Below are positions 39,418-51,678 of a DNA stretch of 64,000 nucleotides, in pieces. The position numbers were made by a program, and so were the translations under genes. Every line of letters begins with the position of its first letter. Within the stretch, counting starts at the first letter, position 1. Origin of the DNA: Felis catus (Eukaryota); NCBI RefSeq assembly GCF_018350175.1, contig NC_058377.1:100378001-100442000 (forward strand), read 5' to 3'. The notes under the pieces are model-generated. The model did no database searches and was not told the origin of the DNA. It was given only the letters and a program-made list of their open reading frames with translations.

Positions 39418-40326
39418 ATGAATAGCAGTGTGACTGAATTCATTCTCCTTGGGCTGACACAAGATCCGGTAAAGCAGAAGGCAGTATTCGGGGTCTTCTT
39501 GATCTTTTACCTTGCGACACTGTTGGGGAACTTTCTCATTGTAGTGACTATCAAAACAAGCAGGACCCTTGGGACTCCCATGTACTTCTTCCTATTCTAT
39601 CTGTCTTTTGCTGACACCTGCTTCTCTACAACCACAGCCCCCAGATTGATTGTGGATGCCCTTTCTCACAAGAAGACCATTTCCTACAATGAGTGCATGA
39701 TTCAGGTCTTTACATTCCATTTCTTTGGGTGCATGGAAATCTTGGTGCTCATCCTCATGGCTTTAGATCGCTATGTGGCCATTTGTAAGCCCTTGCGATA
39801 CACAACCATCATGAACCGGCAAGTGTGCAGCGTTTTGGTGATTCTAGTGTGGGTGGCATCTTGTATCCACTCTTTGGCACAAATTTTCCTGACTTTGAGA
39901 TTGCCTTTCTGTGGCCCCAACGTGATTGACCACTATTTCTGTGACTTGCAGCCCTTGTTGAAACTTGCCTGCATGGACACTTATGTGACAAATTTGCTAC
40001 TTGTTTCTAACAGTGGAACCATATGCACGGTGAGTTTCATAATCCTGCTTACCTCCTATGTTGTCATCTTGTACTCTCTGCGTAACCACAGTGCTGAAGG
40101 AAGGCGAAAAGCCCTTTCCACCTGCACCTCCCACTTTATTGTGGTTGTCTTATTTTTTGGTCCATGCATATTCATATACACACGCCCCCCAGCTACATTT
40201 CCAATAGACAAAATGGTGGCTGTGTTTTATACAATTGGGACGCCCCTGCTCAACCCTCTGATCTATACACTGAGGAATATGGAAGTGAAAAAAGCCATGA
40301 AGAAATTATGGTGTAGCAAAGAATGA
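39418..40326 (+). CDS. Olfactory receptor 4C11-like, duplicate copy A (302-aa core from MNSSVTEF)
   Basis: Intact OR motifs. Acceptor ttttcttctctttgcag ends at 39367, 50 nt before the ATG, so the 42 extra codons in the ORF track are mostly intronic/UTR. Confidence 0.93.
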   Translation: MNSSVTEFILLGLTQDPVKQKAVFGVFLIFYLATLLGNFLIVVTIKTSRTLGTPMYFFLFYLSFADTCFSTTTAPRLIVDALSHKKTISYNECMIQVFTFHFFGCMEILVLILMALDRYVAICKPLRYTTIMNRQVCSVLVILVWVASCIHSLAQIFLTLRLPFCGPNVIDHYFCDLQPLLKLACMDTYVTNLLLVSNSGTICTVSFIILLTSYVVILYSLRNHSAEGRRKALSTCTSHFIVVVLFFGPCIFIYTRPPATFPIDKMVAVFYTIGTPLLNPLIYTLRNMEVKKAMKKLWCSKE

Positions 40327-41373
40327 CTTCTTTGGATATAGGATATTCTGGGATTCTAAAGTATTTTTCCTTGACAGCTTAGTTTTCCTTCATGGACAGG
40401 CAAGATGAATTATTCTCATTGTGGGAAAAATCCATTAGGAAATTTTAATTTCACTAATATTTTATATATTTAATTGAATTATTATGAATAAGTACGAATA
40501 AATACACATCCCTTATTCAGAGAGGATGGCATTAAAATAGGATTACTTAACACCCATAACCACTGTGAACATCCTGGGCTGGCTCTCAGTTGAATTCTTT
40601 TGATAGCTGGCCATATTCACATGATAATTTCTCTTCTTGTACAATTTGTCTTCAGAAAAAAATATACTGACTATTGACAGAATGATTGTGTGTGTGTGTG
40701 TGTATATGTGTGCACACACCAATTCTTCACAGATTTCATTCTAGTCCTTAAGAACTTGGATATAGAGCTAATCCCTATGGAACCAGAACTTAGAGATGAA
40801 TGTTGTGGTCTGACAACCTGGGAGTTGGAGAAGATGTTCTGAGAAAATTCTGCGGTGGAATGTGTGCCTGAGGCTGATTCACTGGGACATGGATGGACCC
40901 TCAAACTCCACGAAAATCTGGAAATCTCAGTGAAAACCTGGACTGTCACTGGAAAACACTCTCAGTGTTCAGTGAATGGTGGGAGAAGGAGAGTTTTACA
41001 CTTGGCAGTGATGGGTGGTATCAGCCAGGAACTGCTTTTGGCAGGGTCCTTCGCTTTCATTGTCACAGATCAAGGGTAGCGCAATGAGGGGGTCACAATG
41101 AGGGGGTTTGGCAGCAGGAATATGCAGAAGGTTAAGGGGTAGAAGGGCGGCTAGAAAGCAATGTACAGTGTACAGAAAGCAAAGGTGAAAGGAAAGTGGT
41201 AACTATATCCAGGTGGGATAGAAGAAGCTTTGCTTTTTTATATTAACAATCACTTTTTGGATATCTGAACGTTTGCAGGGAAACAAATGCACTTTTGGGT
41301 ATCTCTATAAAATTGACGTAGATTGGCTTGACGTCCTTGGCTGTTACATTTATTTGCATATCGGGAAAACACT

Positions 41374-41404
<31 letters not shown>

Positions 41405-42599
41405 GGGTTCCCAATGGTGTCTGAAAATTCAAATTTCATATTCCTCGGGAGAAGCCAGGATTGAAGGTCCACATTAGTGCTTTTCAATTCTGGTCTTCTG
41501 GTTTTGTAGGAGAATGTTTGAATACATAGTTTGATTTTTGAAGTTAACCAATTGAGATGTGTGATGAACACCCTACCACCATAACCACCACCACCTCCGC
41601 CACCACCACATCGTAATCTCATAATTAAGTACCGTCATGTGATGCTGTTTCAGTATCTGAACTTATAATTCCCACCAAATTGGCACCAAGAAGAATTACT
41701 TCAAGTGATATAGGCTAATGAGAAAAGAATCCAATGACCTACATAAGTATGTGCAATACCAACTGAAGACCAAATGTTATCATGTCCCATCAAAGATGCC
41801 CAAGACTCCTACATAGAAAGAGGTGGCAGAATAAAGGGCTAAGTCCCAAGGAAGACATTCGTCAGAGCTCTCAGTGCCAGAGTTACAAGAGGCAATTATG
41901 TTTTATGTTCTAAGTGAAGACTCAACATATTCCTAATTTTGTGTCTTGCAGTTTCATTTCTGAAGCATTTGAATCTGGTCATATGAAGGTTATATTTAGA
42001 ACAATTGCAGAAATTTTCTTGTCATGCTTAGTTCATTTAGATGCCAGATTCTCTTAGATGTTAAAAAAAGTCTCAGTTGGAAGGGGTGGGAGAACTTGCA
42101 GGGAACTGAAAGATCTTGACCTGGTACCTTAACAAACTGCCTCACTGTCTCTTCTTCTGGTAAATGGTGAAAGCTTTTTATTTGCCTTCCTTCTGGTGGC
42201 TTTTTGTAGGCTCTCTAATTTTAGCGTCCTTGATGTGGAAAGATTTCTATTTCTTGTCATCACTGATGACCCCTTGTTAGCCCTTAGAAAGCCAGTGGTT
42301 CAGTTCCAAATTCTGTACTCTTCCCAGTGAACTCTTTTGGGCTGGTCCCTAAAAGATCACTTTCTGTCTTCTCTGTGGCAGTTTGTGGGAAACATCCAGG
42401 CATCTCTGCTCCCAAAGTGTTTTATCAAATAAGAAACATTTCTAACATAGACTGATGTCAACCAGTCACCCTCATCTAATACCAACCAGTCTCTCTTCCT
42501 TCCTTGACTTTACTTACCTCAGTCTGCTCAGTGCACCCATATGGAAGGTCCCATGCTAGGTTCTCAGATTAGGGCTCCATCACACACGCACATGCACAT

Positions 42600-42637
<38 letters not shown>

Positions 42638-42945
42638 CTGGGGTGAGGGACAGACATACCTCTACAGTGAATTCTCTAAAGCTGTTGTCACAAATTACTC
42701 AGCCACTTTATAACCCGACCACGTTTATATCCTTTATCTAGTTGTAGCATACTTCTGTTGATCATTTCCTTGGTTTGGAAGTAGGCATAAGATGATTTAG
42801 GCACAAGTTCACATCCATTGTGTCTATTCAACATTTCAGTTTTAACACCTTGCTACATAAGAAAGGTTACATTATAAACAATTTGTATGACCACTGGACC
42901 TGAAGAGAATTTATTTTCATATGGAAAGTGATGGTAGACAGCACT

Positions 42946-45900
42946 GGAGGGGCAAAAATGGTGGAGCAGCAGGGTAGTTTTTTTTTTTTTCTTTCTCTCT
43001 TCCCTGAAATACAGTTAGATCATCACCAAACCATCTTGCACACCTAGGAAACAGATTTGAGGATTAACACAACAATCTGCAACTTGAGGCACAGAACTCA
43101 GCAGGTACATGGTGCAGAGAGGTGAACTGGGTGAGAGAGAAGCTGTGGATAGTAGGGAGCTGTTTTTGCTTGTGGACAGAGGACAGAGACAGGGCGAGAG
43201 TACAGGAAATGCACTCCCCCTAAAAGCAGCTGATGAGGAAGAGAAAGAGTAGAAACACCCACAAGGACTGATCAAGAAAGGGAGAAAGAGAACTTAGAAA
43301 GAAAGGGTTTAATTACCATTTACAAACTGGGGTTTTATCAAGAAAGGATGCTGAATTTTGTCAAATGGTTTCTCCATATCTATCGACAGGTTCAAGTGGT
43401 TCTTCTCCTTTCTCTTACTAATGTGATGTATCACATTGAAGATTTGTTGCAATGGAGTCATCCTTGCCTCCCAGCTATAAATCCCACTTGATCGTGGTGA
43501 ATAGTTGTTTTAGTGTATTGTTGGATCAGATTGGGTAGGATCTTGTTGAGAGGTTTTGCATCCATGTTCATCAGGGAAATTGGTCTGTAGTTCTCCTTTT
43601 TAGTTCTCCATTTAGTTCTCCATTTCAAGGTAAATGCTGGCCTCATAGAATGCGTTTGGAACTTTTCCATCCATTTCTACTTTTTGGAACAGCTTCAAAA
43701 GAATAGGCATTAACTCTACTTTCAGTGTTTGGTAGAATTCCCCAGGAAAGCCATCCAGCCCTGGACTCTGGTTTTGGGGAGATTTTTGATTACAGATTCA
43801 GTTTCTTTACTGGTTATGGGCTGCTCAAATTTTCTATTTCTTCCTATTTCAGTTTTTGTAGTTTATATGTCTCTAGGAATTTGTCCATTACTTCCAGATT
43901 GCCCAATTTATTGGCATATAATTGCTCATAATACTGTCTTAATATTGTTTGCATTTCTGTAGTGTTGGTTGTGATCTCTCCTCTTTCATTCTCCATTTGA
44001 TTTATTTAGGTCCTTTCCTTTTCTTCTTGATCAAACTTGTTAGAGGTTTATCAATTTTATTAATTCTTTCAAAGAACCAACTCCTGGCTTCATTGATCTG
44101 TTCTACTTTTTTTTTCATTTTGATACAATTGATTTCCACTCTAACATTTATTATTTCCTAATGCTGATTTGGGGTTTTATTTGCTGTTCTTTTCCCGACT
44201 CTTTTAAATATAATGGTAGGTTGTTTTTCTGGGACTTTTCTTCTTTTTTAGGAAGGCATGCATTGCTACACAGTACCCTCTTATGACTGCCTTGGCTCTG
44301 AGCAGATTTTTTGCTGTGGTGTTATCATTTTCTTTGGCCCATATACTTTTTATGTACCTCTTTAATTTCTTGGTTCACCTATTCATTCTCTAGTAGGATG
44401 CTCTTTAATATCCATGTATTTGTTGTCTTTCCAAACTTTTCCTTGTGGTTAATTTTGAGTTTCACAGTGTTGTGGTCTGAAAATATACAAGGTATGATCT
44501 CAGTCTTTTTCTACTTATTCAGGGCTGATCTGTGTCCCAGTATGCGATATTTTCTGGAGAATGTTCCACGTGCACTGGAGAAGAATATGTATTGTGCTGC
44601 CTTAGAATAGATTGTTCTGAATATATCTGTTAAGTACATCCAGTCCAGTATGTCATTCAAAGGCTTTGTTTCTTTGTTGATTTTCCACTCAAATGATCTG
44701 TCGTTTGTTGTAATTTGGGTGTTGAAGTCCCCTACTATTATCGTATTATTGTCAATTATTTCCTTTATGTTTGTGATTCACTGATTTGTAAATTTGTGGT
44801 ATCAAAACTTGGGGACATAAATGTTTACAATTGTTAAATCTCCTTGACAGATAGACACCTTAATTATGATCTAATGCCCTTCTTCATCTCTTATTACACT
44901 CTTTATTTTAAAATCTAGATTTTCTGATATAAGACTGGCTACTCCAGCTTTCCTTTGGCAACCATTAGCATGATAGATAGTTCTCTATCTCCTAACTTTC
45001 AATCTGAAGGTGTCTTAAGTCTAAAATTAATATCTTGTAATCAGCATATAGATGGATCTTGTTTTTTTTTTTATCCATTCTTTTACCCTATGTCTTTGAT
45101 TGCAGCATTTAGACCATTGACATTTATAGTGAGTACTGAACGATATGAACTTATTGCCATTGTGTTGTCTGTGGAGTTGGAGTTTCTGGTGGTATTGTCT
45201 GGTCCTTTCTAGTCTTTGTTGATTTTGATCTTTTTTGTTTTGTTTTGTCTTTTCTCCTCTCAGAGAGTTCCCCTTAAAATTTCTTGCAGGGCTGGTTTAG
45301 TGTTCACTAACTCCATCAGTTTTGTTGGTCTGGGAAACTTTTTATCTCTCCTTCTGTTTTCAATGACAACCTTGCTGGGTAATGAATTCTTGGCTGCATA
45401 TTTTCTGATTCAACATGTTGAACGTATTTTGCCACTTTTTTCTTGCCTGCCAAGTTTCTGCAGATAGGTGTGCTGCAAACCTGATCTGTCTTCCCTTGTA
45501 GGTTAAGGACTTTTTTTTTTTCCCTTACTGCTTTCATGGTTCTTTCCTTGCGTGAGTATTTTGTGAACCTGACTATGATATGCCTTTTTGATGCCCGGTT
45601 TTTGTTGAATCTAATGGGTGTTTTCTGGGATTCATGGATTTTGAGGTCTACTTTTCCACTATTATTTGCTCACATGACCCTTCTACCCCTTTTCCCTCTC
45701 TTTGCCTTCTGGGACCCATATGATTTGGATATTATTCCTTTTTAATGAGTCACTGAGTTCTCTCATTCTTATATCGTGCTCTTTTGCTTTAGTTTTCCTC
45801 TTTTTTTTCTGCTTCATTATTCTCTATAATTTTGTCCTCTGTATCATGAATTTGCTGCTCTGCTTCATCCATCCTTGCCACCATAGCACCATTCGAGATT

Positions 45901-46694
45901 GAATGTCAGTAATAGCATTTTTAATTTCACCTGACTGGAGTTTACTTCTTTTATTGCCACAAACGGGATTCTTCATGTTTTTTGTTTTTTGTTTTACCCT
46001 GGGTAGTATTCTTACAATTGTGATTCTAAATTCGTGTTCTGTCATCTTGCTTGTAACTGTGTTGATTAAGTCCCTGGTTGCCATGTCTTCCTTTTCTTTC
46101 TTTTGGGGTGAATTCCTTCATTTAATCATTTTGAAGGAAGAAAAAGAATTAACAAAATAAAGTAAATAAATAAAAATTAAAAAATTAAAATCAACACAAA
46201 AAGAATCAAATGAAGGATGCTAGTCACAGGTGTGTTCTGGATGTTTGTTGAAAGGAGTTTAATAGAATAGAGAAAAAAAGGAAAGAAAAATAGTGAAAAA
46301 AAGGCAAACAGTTGAAAATTTAAAATAATGAATACAATAACATAGAATAAAAAGAAATGAGGAAAGTGAAATAGATTTAAAAGTTTACAAAAACGTGAAA
46401 AATACAGTAGAAAAAAACTGAAGAAAAATCTTTTCATAAAAATCGGAATAAGTATCATTTTTTTCTCTTTCTGTCTTCACGAAAAAGAAAAGAAAAGAAA
46501 ATTAAATATAGAGAACAAACAGATGGGAGCTGGAGGGGTTGTGAGTTGGTGGCTGAATAAATGGCAAAGAACCTTGAGGAAGACACTTGTTGGGATGAAC
46601 ACTGGATGTGAGATGTAGGGGATGAATCACTGGATTCTACGCCTGAAATTCTTAGTGAACTATATGCTGACTAACTTGCATGTAAATTAAAAAA
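42946..46694. mobile_element. Rearranged, decayed LINE-1: 5' UTR start (+, about 42946-43328), inverted 5'UTR/ORF1/5' ORF2 block (-, about 43329-46500), 3' end (+, about 46502-46694)
   Basis: - strand remnants [16 protein letters not shown]...HHDQVGFI (RT region) and MATRDLINT...EFRITIVRIL, IHYPARLSLKTEGEIKSFPD (ORF1). + strand gagaacaaac...gatgaatcactggattctac...taaattaaaaaa is an L1 3' UTR. Confidence 0.85.
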
Positions 46695-47105
46695 TATAAT
46701 GTGGTACATACAATTCAGTCATAGCATTAAAATGAATGAAATCTTACCATTTGCAACAACATGGATGGACTTAGAGTGTCCAGAAGCTAAATAACTCAGA
46801 CAGAGGAAGTCAAATAGCACATGATTTCACTCCTATGTGGAATTTAAGAAATAAGGCAACTGAACAAAGAAAGAAAAAAGAAACACCCCAGACTCTACAA
46901 TACAGAGTAGAAAATGCTGGTTGCCAAAGGGAGGTGGGTAGCTGGGTGAACTAGTAAAGGAGATCAAGAGGAGAGAAGATACTCCAGAGGTAGCCAGTCT
47001 GTGACGCTTGTGATGAGCACTGAGTAATGTGTAGAATTGCTCAATAACAAAAGTGCATTTCATTGTTAAGTATAACTTGAATTGATTTAAAAATTTAAAA
47101 ATATT
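46695..47105 (+). mobile_element. Older L1 3' end fragment
   Basis: aatgaaatcttaccatttgcaacaacatggatggacttagag...tgtgatgagcactgagt, followed by an A-rich tail. Confidence 0.75.
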
Positions 47106-47454
47106 TAAAAATGTCTTAATTTCCATATTCTTTCTCTTCTCTCTTTACCTACTGACTCAACTGACTTCAAAATATTTAGAATTTTTAATGAGTAGGTTTC
47201 ATTGTAATTATATATTTTATGAGTCTCATTAAGATTTATTGTATTGTATCTAAGAGTGCCATTTTCTAGAATGAGAAAGAGGGGTAAGTTTAGAAACTTG
47301 CTTAAAGTGACAGAGACACACATAGTGAAGCTAGAATTCAATTATATCACCTGTGGTTTAACCTGTACATGGGCTCTGAGTTTTGTGGGGTTAGAAAATA
47401 TTTGGCTTAAAGAGCAGAGCATTTGGGAACTTTCAGTGATCTATACCTGCTTGC

Positions 47455-48105
47455 TTTTTCCATAGGGCAGGGACAGGACTGGAGCACTTGGTAACTGAAG
47501 TGAGAGGTGTCCCTTAGGACAGACTGGAGGGGGAGAAGTGCTCTGAGGACATAATCTGCCCACTGACAGTCTTGTTGAGAATCCTTGGCACTGTGGTTTG
47601 CTGTGGTCAAGGATTGACTGAGTTTATCCCTTGGGGTTGGGTGGGAAGGGCAGAGTCCTTGTCCCTTCAAAGGCTCAGCATTTGTGAATGTCTATGAAAT
47701 CTCTATAAATATCAGATGGAAGAGGAAGAAATGTTAATTCATGTGCTGTTCCAGGAGTTTTTTTTGGGGGGGTGGGGGTTACAGAGCTGCTTTTAGAGAT
47801 GTTCCTATCATAGAATAATGGGGATGTTTCCTTTTTATTCTCGTAAGTTTTAAGAATAGAAGTGAGAAATTTTATGCTGATATTACAGCCCTAACTCAGG
47901 CCTCCTAGGAAAGACTGGCTATCTGTGGAGTATCTCCTCTCCCCACAGACCTTGCACTGGAAAGCTGAGTAAATCTATTGGATGTACGGTTTACATGTTG
48001 CACACTTACTGCACATGATTCATCTTCAAAGTAAATCTGAATTGCGAGAGCAAATCGAGGAGCTCTCTATTGGATCTCATCTCCTTTTCAAGCAATAAGG
48101 TAAGT
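47455..48105 (+). promoter_or_regulatory. Candidate promoter and first non-coding exon of the OR at 54628
   Basis: O/E site TCCCTTGGGG at 47627, TATAAAT at 47704, donor AAG|GTAAGT at 48100. Confidence 0.55.
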
Positions 48106-48310
48106 TTTCAAACCCAAGTAAACTATATTCTTTTCCTTGCATCCTATGCAGGACTGGGTTTTAGGGCAGTTGCCATGATATAATTCTGTCTCCTGAGAAG
48201 CTTGAAGCTCCGGGAACATATTTGTCTTAGTGATGAGAGGATCTGAATGTGTCAGGGCTCCCAGATTTCGCTGGTCTCTGCTTGATGTGTCATGGTCTCA
48301 GGAGCAAATT

Positions 48311-48440
48311 TTTAAGAATATAATTTGTTGTCAAATAAAAATATGGAATGCTTCACGAATTTGCATGTGATCCTTGCGCAGGGGCATGCTATCTTCTCTG
48401 TGCGTTTCAATTTTAGGAATTGTGCTCTGAAAGCCAGCAC
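48311..48440 (-). pseudogene. RNU6 pseudogene: U6 snRNA retropseudogene (48337-48440) fused to about 25 nt of L1 3' end (U6-L1 chimera)
   Basis: aaaaatatggaatgcttcacgaatttgcatgtgatccttgcgcaggggcatgctatcttctctgt...gccagcac is the reverse complement of full-length U6 with substitutions. It is followed on - by atttgacaacaaattatattcttaaaaa, resembling the L1 terminus at about 27531-27563. Absent from copy A. Confidence 0.92.
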
Positions 48441-48579
48441 ACTCTGGACCAATTCCTTGGAAAGGGGTGTTTATATTCGAGGGGGCAGAGGTATAGTACC
48501 GTATACATGTGGGTTTCTTTTTCTTTTAATTGATTAAATAAGCATCTGACCCTCAATTTATTCATTTACTTATTTACGT

Positions 48580-48791
48580 ATTTAATTTAAATGTTTGTTT
48601 ATATTTTTGAGAGAGAGAGGAGAGAGAGAGAAAGAGATAATGAGTGTGGGAGAGAGGGAGAGAGAGAGAATCCTAAGCAGGCTGTCATTGCAGAGCCCAA
48701 TGCTGGGCTTGATCCCATAAACCCCAAGATCATGACTTGAGCTTAAACCAAGAGTCTGACACATACCTGACTGAGCCACCCAGGCACCCCC
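48580..48791 (-). mobile_element. CanSINE shared with duplicate A
   Basis: gaatcctaagcaggctgtc...gagccacccaggcacccc. Confidence 0.88.
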
Positions 48792-49587
48792 TATACTTTT
48801 GAATTTCTTATGTATAAGGCTTAATGTTAGGAAAAAAGGATTGGATTGTATACTGACTGTACACTGTCATTATGCATTGGCACTGTTGATAACACGATTC
48901 TATTATATACTTATTGTTCTGCCAGTCGTGATACTAAAGTTGTCTGTCCAGACCCACTGTCACCCCTGCTTGCAGCTAAGAATTATATTCTCTTTCTGCT
49001 GTTGGGGTAAGGGGTATATATGGAGTGGAGGAATGAGAAGCAAACTCTCTCGTGAAATCCAAGACAAGTACTCTTTATCCTTAACAAGATTCTTTGCTCA
49101 ACCTTACACCGTGGGCTTAAATGATAAATGTGAACATAAATAAATATAAACATAAATAAACAGAAACATAAATATGAATATAAATTCTGCTCTCTTTTTT
49201 AATCCCTCTACAATTTGCATCCATTTGAGAGTCAGGATACATACTGGGCATGGCAGTGCTTTTCTTCTCTACTGGTTCATGGTTTCTGATTTATGCCGGC
49301 TCCACCCAAATGAAAGGAGTCTGATGTTTTGCTTGGCAGGGCTGGTGAGGTGTGGACTGTTTGAGAAGGAGAGATTTCCATGGAGCACAAAGGTTTGAGT
49401 TCTGGTACTGGTTGCTTTTTGGATGCTCTCTGCTAAGCTGTTTCCCAGCCTAGTCTGAAGTGCACCGAATAGAACAATGTGAAATTCCCTTATGAGATTT
49501 AAAAATCAAATGAACAAAGAAATTAGAGGAAGAAAAAAGAAAGAAGGCTATAGTCAAGGGTTGCATGATCCAATAAATACACACACA

Positions 49588-49634
<47 letters not shown>

Positions 49635-51454
49635 TTTAACAGTTGAAGGCCATTAGCGAGAAAGTTGTTTGGGAAAACCTGGAAGGCTCTGGTGAGGAGA
49701 TGAACAGGGTACTCTGGACACAGGAAGCAATGGAAAGTGGAAGTTTATCAGACGAAGGTCATTTAGCTACTAAGAAATGTTGAAAATGTAGGGACTGAGA
49801 TAGTAAGGACATATTCAGGAGGGACAGCAAGTGTCAGGCATGGCTGGAACACACACGAGCAGAAGCCCTGGGAGGAAAGGTGGTAAGCAAGACTATGGCA
49901 CAGCGTTTGAGGACTTTGAAAGTCATGGTGAGTATTTCAGCCTTTGCACTTGAAAACCACAGTAACCCTTTAATCATAAGTTATGATTCATCATATTTTT
50001 AGAACGCCCAGTTTCCCTTTTCAAGTTGTAGCTAGGAGGTAAAACGAGGGAGAGGATAGAGTGAGGAGACGACGGAATTTCTGAAATTGTGTCCTTTCTT
50101 TCTGTATAGAAACATAGAGGGCCCACTTAAAGAACTGTAGGATTGACCATTTGCAATACTGACGTTCATGAGATACCAGTCCGATTTTGTACTATGTATG
50201 AGCTAATAATGCTCACAGTGAAAACTCACGTAGTTATCTCCCTTTACATGTTATTTTTCTTCAACAAAATGGTGTAAGACATTTTATTTAGAATTTGATG
50301 AGTATTAGACACTGTGTGAAAGGAGTTTTTATGCCCCATGTTTTGAGAATCTAAACTGATCCTGTTTTTAGATCAGTGAAAATACTCTGTATGATATTAC
50401 GATGATGGATGTCTGTTACTAATATTTACTGAAACCATAATGTACCAACCCAAGAGTGAACCTTGGGGTAAACGTTGGACTCTGGGTGATGAGGATGTGT
50501 CACGGTAGGCTCATCAGTTCTGGGAAATGTGCCATTCTGGCAGGCGATGTTGGTAATGGCAGGGGTGATATTTGGGTGGCGGCTCGGGACCATATGGGGA
50601 ATCTCTGTACCTGTGTCTTGGTGTTGCTGTGAATGTAGCACTGCTCTAAAAAAATTAAGTCTTAGCAACACAAAGAAACTAAAAAGCAACAACAACCAAA
50701 AGATTGTATCAAAGCTGAAAGGAGGCGTGTGATTTTGCTGCCTCCTCCCCGCCCCCCACAGAGACAGCTGAGAGGGAGCCCATCTGCTCCTCTTCTGAGA
50801 GGGGAAGGGACAGGTCTGGAGTCACCACTGAATCATACTTGGGATGCCTGCTGGGCCAGTCTTCGTTCTGCTGGGGCCACAGTGGATCCACCGGTATGCT
50901 GCCCATTGAGTTTCTAAGTGCAGGGAATTCAAAGATGGATGTCTTCAGGGCAACCCTGACATCTTGAAGGGAGCAGGCACCTCATTCCAGATAAGCCCAA
51001 ATCCAACTGGACTGTGTTTAGAAAACTAGATGAATAAATTTTGATAAACAGCTGAATGATTTTGTCCTTCTGTGCTGAATAAATCTTAATAAAATCAACT
51101 CTCATATCTTGTATATCTCCAAATCTCATACTTGACTGCAAAAATATGTTCAAATTTCATAACGTGGCTTCCATGGCCTTTGGCAGAGACGAAACCTGGT
51201 TTTTCCAAGTTATTCTACTATGACACTAGAATCAGTCTAAACCAGAGGTTTCATATTGATCTTCTCTATTTGTCCCATCATCCCCATTAAAACTTTGGTT
51301 GGTTTCTCTCATGTCAAATGCTCTCACCCCTCTGATTTTTGTATCTTTGGATCACAAACTCTTTACAACCAAGGTTATATTTTATTTTCACTCTCATGTC
51401 ATCATGGTTCACATAGAGAAGCTGTTTGCATTTTGTATTTGTTTTTTACTATTT

Positions 51455-51678
51455 TTATTTATTTATTTTTAACATTTATTCATTTTTGACAGACAAAGAG
51501 AGACAGAGTGTGAGTAGGGAAGAGGCAGAGAGAGACGAGACACAGAATTTGAGGCAGGCTCTATCTAGGCTCCAAGCTGTCAGCACAGAGCCGGATGTGG
51601 GGCTGGAACTCACGGACTGCAAGATCATGACCTGAGCCAAAGTCAGTTGCTCAACCGACTGAGCCACCCAGGCACCCC
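51455..51678 (-). mobile_element. CanSINE specific to duplicate B
   Basis: TSD tgtttttta(c/g)tattt. Empty site in A at about 35921-35935. Confidence 0.92.

Larger units (their letters stand above)
31875..42936 (+). repeat. Tandem segmental duplication, copy A (promoter + intron + OR + 3' flank)
   Basis: Colinear similarity to 47450-57045 from cttgacttttccttagggcag to gaaagtgatggta, with copy-specific insertions. Confidence 0.92.

Noticed and set aside
43329-46130. Active L1 ORF1/ORF2
   Set aside because: Broken by many stops and frameshifts, with the 3' half of ORF2 missing.
48337-48440. Functional U6 gene
   Set aside because: Multiple substitutions and deletions (the ACAGAGA box context and the AGC triad region are altered), plus retroposition hallmarks and absence from the sister duplicate.
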